Source: an uncultured Bacteroidales bacterium
GTDB taxonomy: Bacteria > Bacteroidota > Bacteroidia > Bacteroidales > WCHB1-69
DNA length: 64,000 bases
Assembly: GCA_900319925.1 (NCBI GenBank)
Contig: ONQE01000009.1
Coordinates: 1,807-65,806, forward strand
Direction of reading: 5' to 3'
Within the stretch, counting starts at the first letter, position 1. Each line of letters starts with the position of its first letter. The position numbers were made by a program, and so were the translations under genes. Positions 10,180-16,819 of the stretch are shown here, in pieces. The notes beneath the pieces were generated by a model. The model saw only the letters and a list, made by a program, of their open reading frames with translations, made no database searches and was not told the origin of the DNA.

Positions 10180-11424
10180 TTACTTTCCTCCGAAATCATC
10201 ATAATGGATCATCTCTTTCGTGACGCCCAAGCTGTCGAGCATTTTCAGCACGGCCTGCAGCATCATGGGCGGACCGCAGATGTAGTATTCGATGTCCTCG
10301 GGGGCGGGGTGATTTTTCAGATACTGCTCGAAAATCACGTCGTGGATGAAGCCCGTCGGACCGGTCCAGTGGTCCTCGGGTAGTGCGTCGGAGAGGGCGA
10401 CGTGGAACTCGAAGTTGTCGTGCTCCGCCGCGAGACGCTCGAACTCGTCCATGTAGAAGAGCTCCTTGCGCGAACGGCCGCCGTACCAGAAGGTGGTCTT
10501 CCGGCTGGTATGCTTCACCTTGAACTGGTCGAAGATGTGCGAGCGCATGGGAGCCATGCCCGCACCGCCGCCGATGAACATCATCTCGCGGTCGGTCTCC
10601 TCCACGAAGAAGTCGCCGTAAGGTCCCGACACAAAGACTTTTTCACCCGGCTTCAGATGGTAGATGTAGGATGACGCCACGCCCGGGTTGACCTTCTCCA
10701 TCCGTCCCTTCATGCGGTTGAAGGGCGGCGTGGCGATGCGCACGTTGAGCATCACGATGCCGTTTTCCGCTGGGTAGTTGGCCATCGAATAAGCGCGCAC
10801 CGTCGGGGTTCCGTTCTTCATCCGCAGGTCGAAGAGCCCCATCTTCTGCCAGTCGGCGCGGTAGGGCTCCTCCACCTCCATGTCGGCGAAGTTGACGGTG
10901 CCGGCGGGGATGTCGATCTGGATGTAGCCGCCGGAGCGGAAGTCCATGACCTCGCCCTCGGGCAGCCGCAGCACCAGCTCCTTGATGAAGGTGGCCACGT
11001 TGTGGTTGGAGACGACCGTACACTCCCACTTCTTGATGCCGAAGAAGCTCTCGGGGATCTCGATTTCCATCTCCTCGCGCACCTTCACCTGGCAGAAGAG
11101 GCGGTAGTGGTCGGCGGCCTCCTTGCGGGAGATGTGCGCCAGCTCGGTGGGCAGAATTTCGCCGCCGCCGCTGAGCACCTTGCCCCGGCAGGTGCCGCAG
11201 GAGCCACCCCCGCCGCACGCCGACGGCACGAAGACCTGGGCGTCGGCCAGCGCCTGCAACAACGTGCACCCGCGCTCATGCTCGATCTCCTTCTTCCCGT
11301 TGATCTTGATCTTCACCGATCCCTCGGGAATCATCTTCTTCCGCGCAAACAACAAGATCCCGACCAGCAACCAGATGATTACCAGGAAGATTACGATTGC
11401 TGCTATGATTGTCAATATGTTCAT
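10180..11424 (-). CDS. nqrF: Na+-translocating NADH:quinone oxidoreductase subunit F
   Basis: N-terminal TM helix, 2Fe-2S ferredoxin motif [10 protein letters not shown], and FAD/NAD-binding motifs RAYSMANYP and [12 protein letters not shown] chose the start at [11 protein letters not shown]; the ORF-track start at 11478 adds 18 residues that are probably untranslated. Confidence 0.93.
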   Translation of the reverse strand: MNILTIIAAIVIFLVIIWLLVGILLFARKKMIPEGSVKIKINGKKEIEHERGCTLLQALADAQVFVPSACGGGGSCGTCRGKVLSGGGEILPTELAHISRKEAADHYRLFCQVKVREEMEIEIPESFFGIKKWECTVVSNHNVATFIKELVLRLPEGEVMDFRSGGYIQIDIPAGTVNFADMEVEEPYRADWQKMGLFDLRMKNGTPTVRAYSMANYPAENGIVMLNVRIATPPFNRMKGRMEKVNPGVASSYIYHLKPGEKVFVSGPYGDFFVEETDREMMFIGGGAGMAPMRSHIFDQFKVKHTSRKTTFWYGGRSRKELFYMDEFERLAAEHDNFEFHVALSDALPEDHWTGPTGFIHDVIFEQYLKNHPAPEDIEYYICGPPMMLQAVLKMLDSLGVTKEMIHYDDFGGK

Positions 11425-11496
11425 AATCGTCACATTTTCTACCGAGCTCTTACCCCTCCGGGGCTGTTTATAAAACAAGCTATCATCTTCTCATCG

Positions 11497-11531
11497 CAAC
11501 TACTAACTGCTAACTGCTAACTGCTAACTAA
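11497..11531. repeat. Heptamer tandem array TAACTGC x5 (minus strand reads GCAGTTA)
   Basis: Sequence is caactac taactgc taactgc taactgc taactaa. It begins 5 nt downstream of the nqrE stop, in the nqrE-nqrF junction. Confidence 0.9.
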
Positions 11532-11535
11532 CGAA

Positions 11536-12138
11536 TCACATCCCGAGGAACGCCATAAACCCCATGCCCAGCAGTCCGGTGATGATGTAGGCGATGCCGT
11601 TGCCCTGCAGTTTGGGCGGGATTTTCGCGTATTTGAGGCGTTCGCGGATGGCGGCGAAGGCGGTGATGGCCAACAGCCAGCCGATGCCGGAGCCGAGCGC
11701 GTAGGCCAGACTGTGCGCCACGGTGGGGAAGTGGCGCTCCTGCATGAAGAGTGAGCCGCCGAGGATGGCGCAGTTCACGGCAATCAACGGCAGGAAGATG
11801 CCCAACGTCATATACAGCGCGGGCAGATACCGCTCGAAGACCATCTCCAGCAGCTGCACGATGCCCGCAATCACCGCGATGAAGATGATCAGCGACAGAA
11901 ACGAGAGGTCCGTGCCGGCAAAGCTTGCGTTCAGCCACGTCAACGCCCCTTCGCGGAGCAGGTATTTGTCGATCAAGTAGTTGACGGGCACGGTGACCGT
12001 CAGCACGAAGCAGACGGCCAGTCCCAACCCGAAGGCGGTCTTCACGTTCTTGGAGACGGCCAGATAGGAGCACATGCCCAAGAAGTAGGCGAAGACCATG
12101 TTGTCGATGAAGATGGAGCGGATGAAGATGTCGAACAT
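11536..12138 (-). CDS. nqrE: Na+-translocating NADH:quinone oxidoreductase subunit E
   Basis: 200-aa polytopic membrane protein with conserved NqrE/RnfA-like segments (FLGMCSYLAVS, LPLIAVNCAILGG). Confidence 0.9.
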   Translation of the reverse strand: MFDIFIRSIFIDNMVFAYFLGMCSYLAVSKNVKTAFGLGLAVCFVLTVTVPVNYLIDKYLLREGALTWLNASFAGTDLSFLSLIIFIAVIAGIVQLLEMVFERYLPALYMTLGIFLPLIAVNCAILGGSLFMQERHFPTVAHSLAYALGSGIGWLLAITAFAAIRERLKYAKIPPKLQGNGIAYIITGLLGMGFMAFLGM

Positions 12139-12141
12139 TAA

Positions 12142-12270
12142 GGTTTAAGGTTTAAGGTTTAAGGTTTAAGGTTTAAGGGTTAAGGTTTATGGTTTATGGT
12201 TTATGGTTTATGGTTTATGGTTTAGGGTTTAAGGGTTAAGGTTGGGGGGTACTAACTGCTAACTGCTAAC
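12142..12270. repeat. Composite heptamer arrays: GGTTTAA/GGGTTAA/GGTTTAT/GGTTTAG x15 (12142-12246), G-rich spacer, TAACTGC x2.6 (12253-12270)
   Basis: Units counted directly. The array starts 3 nt upstream of the nqrE ATG. The methyltransferase stop (TAG, 12259-12261) lies inside the TAACTGC part. Confidence 0.95.
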
Positions 12271-13071
12271 CGAATTCCGTTCCCAGAAGACCCCGTCGGC
12301 GTATCCCTGGATGGTGGAGTGGGTGGCGGCGAGGAGGAGGCGTTTGGCGGTCCAGAGGCAGTATTCGCGGTTGACTTCGACGCAGCAGAAGCGGCGGTCG
12401 AGTTTCTTGGCGACGACGGCGGCGGTGCCGCTGCCGGAGAAGGGGTCGAGGATGCGGTCGCCGGGGTTGGAGGAGGCGAGGATGAGCTTGGCGTAGAGTT
12501 TCTCGGGCTTCTGCGTGGGGTGGTCGGTGTTCTCGGGCATCGACCAGAAGGGCACGCTGATGTCGTCCCAGAAGTTGGAGGGGTGGGTGAGCCGGAACTT
12601 GCCGTCGGCGGTGTCGTCCCAGTCTTTGGGCTGACCGTCCACGCGATACGGGGCCAGCACCTTGCGTTTCATCTTGACGGCTTCCAGGTTGAAGGTGTAG
12701 TGTTTCGGGTCTTTCACGGCGAACCAGATGTCCTCCATGCTGTTCTTCCAGTTGAACTTCGCCCCGCGGCCCTTCTCGCGCTGCCAGGTGATGCGGTTGA
12801 GGATGGTAAGCCGCTCTTCGATAACCCGTTGCATAGAGGAGGAGCATTTCCAGTCGCCGCACATATAGAGCGAGCCCGTCGGCTTCAGCTTGTCGCACAC
12901 CTTTCCGAACCAGCTGCGCAGGAATTCCTCGTAATCGTCGGATTGCATGGAAGAGAATTTCCGTCCGTGGAAGTCTTTGTCGAGGTTGTAGGGCGGGTCG
13001 AGGAGGATGAGGTCGAAGAATCCGTCTGGGATGAGGTCGAGGCATTCGAGCAGGTCGCCGTTGACGAGCAT
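12259..13071 (-). CDS. Beta-class DNA methyltransferase (DPPY motif, probably N6-adenine), orphan
   Basis: Motif IV LLDPPYN precedes motif I DPFSGSGTAAV (beta permutation), and a DHPTQKPEKL motif is present. I chose the start at MLVNGDLLECL. The ORF stays open up to 13452, but the extra residues translate the 32-bp repeats and the promoter region; ATG 13365 is an alternative start. Confidence 0.85.
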   Translation of the reverse strand: MLVNGDLLECLDLIPDGFFDLILLDPPYNLDKDFHGRKFSSMQSDDYEEFLRSWFGKVCDKLKPTGSLYMCGDWKCSSSMQRVIEERLTILNRITWQREKGRGAKFNWKNSMEDIWFAVKDPKHYTFNLEAVKMKRKVLAPYRVDGQPKDWDDTADGKFRLTHPSNFWDDISVPFWSMPENTDHPTQKPEKLYAKLILASSNPGDRILDPFSGSGTAAVVAKKLDRRFCCVEVNREYCLWTAKRLLLAATHSTIQGYADGVFWERNSVSS

Positions 13072-13180
13072 ATCGTCGCGGAGGCCGGAGCGCAGGTCGT
13101 CCGGCGTGCTGACGAGCGGTTCCAGCGCGGGGACTTCCCCGGCGGTGACCGTCAGCGTGCGGTTGCGCGGGGCCCGTCCT

Positions 13181-13304
13181 CCACACTGCGGCTCCGCCTT
13201 GTCCGTTTCGCCCCACACTGCGGCTTCGCTTTGTCCGTTTGGCCCCACACTGCGGCTTCGCCTTGTCCGTTTGGCCCCACACTGCGGCTTCGCCTTGTGT
13301 GGGG
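13181..13304. repeat. 32-bp tandem repeat x3.9 (ccacactgcggcttcgccttgtccgtttggcc)
   Basis: Copies lie at 13181, 13213, 13245 and 13277 (truncated) with no spacers. The last copy closes into CCCCACAC-N14-GTGTGGGG. Confidence 0.9.
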
Positions 13305-13399
13305 TTATTAGCGCTTCGCGCGTCTTGCCCCTCCGGGGCTGCTCAAGGAATGTATTCGTTGTCATTCGCTGCCTCTTTCTCTCATTCTTTTTGGAATTG

Positions 13400-13407
13400 C
13401 AAAGGTA
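13400..13407 (-). promoter_or_regulatory. -7 box TAccTTTG upstream of the methyltransferase
   Basis: The plus strand reads caaaggta. It is the only TAnnTTTG match between the repeat field and the methyltransferase gene. Confidence 0.5.
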
Positions 13408-13756
13408 CATTTTTTTTAGACGTTCGCGCATAATCTGAAATAACAATCGCACCTCCCTGAGACGCTCACCCCGCCAGCACGGGCTGCCCCGTCCCTACTC
13501 GCCTCGGAGAGGCGACACGCACGCAGTGCAGGTAACACCACACAAGCGCAGCGCAGTGTGGTGCTGGTAGCGCAGTGTGGTGTCGCAGCGTAGTGTGGTG
13601 TCGTGCCGCAGCGCAGTATGGTGCTGGTGGTATGCAGTGTGGCGTCGTAGCCCTGTGCTGGGGGAGTGACTCTGTGATGATCGGTGAGCGTGTATCTCAT
13701 CTCAGTGTCTCGTCATGCGTACCAGCACCACGCTGCACACGAGACAGCACACCACG

Positions 13757-13924
13757 GGCAGCACACGGCGCACCCTCACCGGCAGCACACTGCGCGGCTC
13801 TGCCGGCATCGCACTGTGTGGCTCTGTCGGCATCGCACTGTGTGGCTCCGTCGGCATCACCCGGCGCATCTCCACCGGCATCGCACTACGTACCACCACC
13901 AGCACCACACTGCGCGGCTACGCC
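13757..13924. repeat. 24-bp tandem array x7 (consensus near GGCATCACACGGCGCNNCNCCACC)
   Basis: Units are in register at 13757, 13781, 13805, 13829, 13853, 13877 and 13901. Confidence 0.85.
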
Positions 13925-14074
13925 GCTAGTATGGTGTTACCTGCGCCTGACGGCGCGTCGCATCTCTCCGAGATGCTCACCCCGCCAGCACGGGCTGCCC
14001 CGTCCCAACTCGCCTCGGAGAGGCGACACGCACGCAGTGCAGGTAGCACCATACCAGCGCAGCGCAGTGTGGTG
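13903..14074. repeat. Long imperfect palindrome at the unit A/B junction (unoccupied version of the RAYT-flanking arms)
   Basis: Paired segments are caccacactgcgc/gcgcagtgtggtg, ggtgYtacctgc/gcaggtaRcacc, gtcgc/gcgac and ctctccgag/ctcggagag, around a 41-nt centre. Confidence 0.8.
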
Positions 14075-14226
14075 ACGTAGCGCGCAGTGTGGTGCTGGTA
14101 GCGCGCAGTGGTGCGTCGTAGCCCTGTGCCGGGGAGTGACTCTGTGATGATCGGTGAGCGTGTATCTCACCTCAGTGTCTCGTCATGCGTACCAGCACCA
14201 CGCTGCACACGAGACAGCACACCACG

Positions 14227-14466
14227 GGCAGCACACGGTGTACCACCGCCGGCATCACACGGCGCGGCTCTGTCGGCGCCACACGGCGTGCCACCACCGG
14301 CGCCACACGGCGTGCCACCTTCAGCGCCACACGGCGTGCCACCGTCAGCATCACACGGCGCATCTCCTCCGGCATCACACGGCGCACCACCATCGGCATC
14401 ACACGGCGTGCCACCACCGGCATCACACGGCGCATCTCCACCAGCACCACACTGCGCGGCTACGCC
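14227..14466. repeat. 24-bp tandem array x10 (same family as 13757-13924)
   Basis: Units are in register every 24 nt from 14227. Copy number differs from unit A (10 versus 7). Confidence 0.85.
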
Positions 14467-15164
14467 GCTGGTATGGTGTTACCTGCGCCTGACGGCGCGT
14501 CGCATCTCTCCGAGATGTTCCGCTCAGTCCGTGAGGAAGTACTCCTCTTTGATTTTGACTCCGTTCTCCGTGAGGAACTTTCGATATTCCTCCTCAAACG
14601 TCACACTATGATGATGCTCCTTCTGTCTGGCGATATACCGCACCACCGTGGCTTTGTCGCGCAAGCTTTTCGAAAACCCAGCATATTCTTTGGTCCAGCC
14701 ACTAAAAAGCGGGAAATGGGGGTTCGCCTTGAGCCACTTGCTTGTGGAGACCTTGAGTTCCTGAACGAATTTGGACATGGCCAAGGTTGCCGGCAGGGAC
14801 ACGAAAAGGTGCACATGATCGGGCATGCCGCCAATGCGGTAAAGATGCCCTCCCTTGTTCTTAGTAAAACCAAGTATGTAGGAGTAGAGCTCTCGTTCGT
14901 GTTCCTCCACGATGGCGGGGACGCTGCGGTGCGTGCGAAGGACAATGTGGTAATAAGTCTGTGTGTAACTCATGATTTTGTTTACAGTTTTGTATAATTT
15001 TGTTTTAACATGCTAATAACGGTAAAATGCTCGGATTATTGTGTTTGTCACATTTCTCTGAGACGCTCACCCTGCCAGCACGGGCTGCCCCGTCCCTACT
15101 CGCCTCGGAGAGGCGATACGCACGCAGTGCAGGTAACACCATACCAGCGCAGCGCAGTGTGGTG
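14445..15164 (-). mobile_element. RAYT/IS200-like Y1 transposase cassette flanked by inverted REP-like arms
   Basis: The left arm (14445-14517) and right arm (15051-15164) are the two halves of the palindrome seen intact at 13903-14074. A 15-nt junction segment is present on both sides (catctctccgagatg at 14503-14517; catttctctgagacg at 15051-15065). The interior (14518-15050) has visibly lower GC than the flanks. Confidence 0.7.
14524..14973 (-). CDS. IS200/IS605-family Y1 (HUH) transposase-like protein, REP-associated tyrosine transposase (RAYT) type
   Basis: 149 aa with HUH motif PDHVHLF and a Tyr motif in VVRYIARQKEHH. The overall pattern (YHIVLRT...GGMPDHVHLFVS...STSKWL) is that of the single-domain Y1 transposase family. 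No tnpB partner is present. Confidence 0.8.
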   Translation of the reverse strand: MSYTQTYYHIVLRTHRSVPAIVEEHERELYSYILGFTKNKGGHLYRIGGMPDHVHLFVSLPATLAMSKFVQELKVSTSKWLKANPHFPLFSGWTKEYAGFSKSLRDKATVVRYIARQKEHHHSVTFEEEYRKFLTENGVKIKEEYFLTD

Positions 15165-15420
15165 CCGCAGTGTGGTGCCGCAGTGTGGTGCCGTAGCGCA
15201 GTATGGTGCTGGTGGTATGCAGTGTGGCGTCATAGCCCTGTGCTGGAGGAGACGATGAGGAGCTACTCGCCTCGGAGAGGCGACACGCACGCAGTGCAGG
15301 TAGCACCATACAAGCGAAGCGCAGTGTGGTGACGTAGTGCGCAGTGTGGTGACGAAGCGCAGTGTGGTGACGAAGCGCAGTGTGGTGACGAAGCGCAGTG
15401 TGGTGACGTGGTGTCGCAGC
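15058..15420. repeat. Two further partial composite units (head modules plus GCGCAGTGTGGTG repeats), ending in an 18-bp tandem gcgcagtgtggtgacgaa x5
   Basis: The head module is repeated at 15058-15140 and, truncated, at 15263-15310. The 18-mer array at 15319-15410 ends 15 nt from the nqrD stop codon. Confidence 0.85.
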
Positions 15421-15424
15421 GCAG

Positions 15425-16000
15425 TTATTTCGCCCAAATAATCACCCCAATCAATATCAGCGCCATGGGCGGGAGAATCATCAGCCCGTTGTTGAGGTAG
15501 CCGGCGGCGTACCAGCTGTCGGGGACGACCTGGTGGTTCCACAACGTGCCGGAGCCGAGCAGCTCGCGGAAGAAGGCCACCACGGCGAGCACCAATCCGT
15601 AGCCGAGACCGTTCATCACGCCGTCCATAAACGACGGGAACGGCTTGTGCGACAGCGCGAAGGCCTCCAACCGCCCCATGATGATGCAGTTGGTGATGAT
15701 CAAGCCTACAAACACCGACAGCATCTTGCTCACATCGTAGAGATACGACTGCAGCAGCAGGTCCACGAGGATGACGAAGAAGGAGACCACCAACAGCTGC
15801 ACGATGATGCGGATGCGCGGCGGTATCGTGTTGCGCATCAAGGAGATGATGAAGTTGGAGCAGGCACATACCACCGTCACGGAGAGGGCCATGACCACGG
15901 CGGGCTTGAGCTGCGCGGTCACCGCCAACGCCGAACAAACGCCCAACGTCTGCACCAGTATCGGGTTGTCTTTGCTGAGGGGTCCGAGGTATTTCTTCAT
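15425..16000 (-). CDS. nqrD: Na+-translocating NADH:quinone oxidoreductase subunit D
   Basis: Contains NPILVQTLGVCSALAVT, GLIITNCIIMGR and other NqrD/RnfE-like membrane segments. Confidence 0.9.
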   Translation of the reverse strand: MKKYLGPLSKDNPILVQTLGVCSALAVTAQLKPAVVMALSVTVVCACSNFIISLMRNTIPPRIRIIVQLLVVSFFVILVDLLLQSYLYDVSKMLSVFVGLIITNCIIMGRLEAFALSHKPFPSFMDGVMNGLGYGLVLAVVAFFRELLGSGTLWNHQVVPDSWYAAGYLNNGLMILPPMALILIGVIIWAK

Positions 16001-16009
16001 GGTATTAAT

Positions 16010-16044
16010 GGTGATTAGTGATTGGTGATTGGTGAGGAGTGAAG
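16010..16044. repeat. Heptamer array GGTGATT/AGTGATT/GGTGAGG x5
   Basis: Spans the nqrD start / nqrC stop junction. The nqrC stop (TAA, 16015-16017) and its last codons (SPITNH) are encoded by the array. Confidence 0.8.
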
Positions 16045-16626
16045 GGAGGATTGCATCATCTCATCCACCCCTTTGGAGGTCAGTGTGGCTCCGCTGATGG
16101 CGTCCACGCGGTTCTCCTCGGCGATTTCGCTGGCGGTTCCCGATTTCAACACTCTCACAGATACGAAGTTGCCGTCTTTATCGTAAAGTTTCTTGCCTTC
16201 GAAGGCTTTCAGGAACGCCGCTTCGGTGATCTTCGCGCCCAAGCCGGGGGTCTCCGATTTGTGGTCGAAGCTGACGCCCTTGAGGGTCTGCCCGTCCTCC
16301 GACACCACCGCGTACCCCCAGATCGGTCCCCACAGCCCTTTGCCGTCGAGACGGATTGCCGTGCCCTTCGAGCCGTCGGCGCAGATGACGCGGTACTGTC
16401 TTCCGTCTTCGGTCAGCGGCTCGGCAAGGTTCGAGAACGCTTCCACGGCCTTCGAGCGGTCGATGTCGTGGCCCGCCGCCCGCAGGATCTGCTGGCACTT
16501 TTCGGCCTGCTTGTTCTGGTCGCGCCGCGGCTTCAACCCCGTGGAGACCAACGTGAGCACCACCGCAATCACCACGACCAACGCCGTGATGTACAGGAAG
16601 ATGTAGGTGTTGCTGAAGTTTTTCAT
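16015..16626 (-). CDS. nqrC: Na+-translocating NADH:quinone oxidoreductase subunit C (FMN-binding)
   Basis: N-terminal TM helix, a GLWGPIWGY segment, and the flavinylation motif AISGATLTS. Confidence 0.87.
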   Translation of the reverse strand: MKNFSNTYIFLYITALVVVIAVVLTLVSTGLKPRRDQNKQAEKCQQILRAAGHDIDRSKAVEAFSNLAEPLTEDGRQYRVICADGSKGTAIRLDGKGLWGPIWGYAVVSEDGQTLKGVSFDHKSETPGLGAKITEAAFLKAFEGKKLYDKDGNFVSVRVLKSGTASEIAEENRVDAISGATLTSKGVDEMMQSSLHSSPITNH

Positions 16627-16628
16627 TT

Positions 16629-16747
16629 AGTGATTTGTGATTTGTGATTTGTGATTTGTGATTAGTGATTTGTGATTAGTGATTAGTGATTAGTGATTAG
16701 TGATTTGTGATTAGTGATTTGTGATTAGTGATTAGTGATTTGTGATC
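16629..16747. repeat. Heptamer tandem array GTGATTT/GTGATTA x17
   Basis: 119 nt is exactly 17 units. It begins 2 nt upstream of the nqrC ATG. Confidence 0.95.
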
Positions 16748-16756
16748 AGAGCCCAA

Positions 16757-16819
16757 AGTCATAAGTCCCACGTCATAAGTCATAAGTCATACGTCATAAG
16801 TCACACGTCCCACGTCTCC
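16757..16819. repeat. Heptamer tandem array AGTCATA/CGTCATA/AGTCCCA-type x9
   Basis: 63 nt is 9 units. The nqrB stop (TGA, 16794-16796) and its last 8 codons lie inside the array. Confidence 0.9.

Larger units (their letters stand above)
13457..14517. repeat. Two tandem composite GC-rich repeat units (about 510 and 550 bp)
   Basis: Both units share the same module order. A conserved 85-bp head (ctgagacgctcacc...gcaggtaacacc) comes first, followed by GCGCAGTGTGGTG-type short repeats and then a 130-bp unique block (gtcgtagccctgtgc...gggcagcacacgg). A 24-bp tandem array and a tail (caccacactgcgcggctacgcc...catctctccgagatg) complete each unit. Confidence 0.9.

Noticed and set aside
11453-11466. 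The shared motif CCCCTCCGGGGCTG upstream of nqrF, also found at 13328-13341 upstream of the methyltransferase.
   Set aside because: There are only two copies of a 14-nt GC-rich mini-hairpin, which is too little evidence for a regulatory element. I note it in case a genome-wide search finds more.
12142-12246. Telomere-like appearance of the GGTTTAG/GGGTTAA (and CCCTAAA-like, 33681-33750) units.
   Set aside because: The arrays are internal and flanked by ordinary genes on both sides. The units are heterogeneous, and they are only one of several unrelated heptamer families. Nothing indicates a chromosome end.
13181-13304. The 32-bp direct repeats considered as a possible CRISPR array.
   Set aside because: The repeats are contiguous with no spacers, there are only about 4 copies, and no cas genes are nearby. 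They share the core motif of the adjacent REP-like field.
12259-13452. The full 397-aa ORF-track version of the methyltransferase.
   Set aside because: The first about 127 residues translate the promoter box and the 32-bp repeats in rotating frames. Homology-type motifs begin right after Met128 (MLVNGDLLECL...DPPY), so the short form is preferred. The start remains uncertain.
13684-14492. Calling the His-rich, Pro-rich or Thr/Arg-rich repeat ORFs in the 24-bp arrays as CDS features.
   Set aside because: All three frames stay open simply because the period is 24 nt. I saw no promoter box and no family resemblance. The question is kept as a finding to test, not as an annotated gene.
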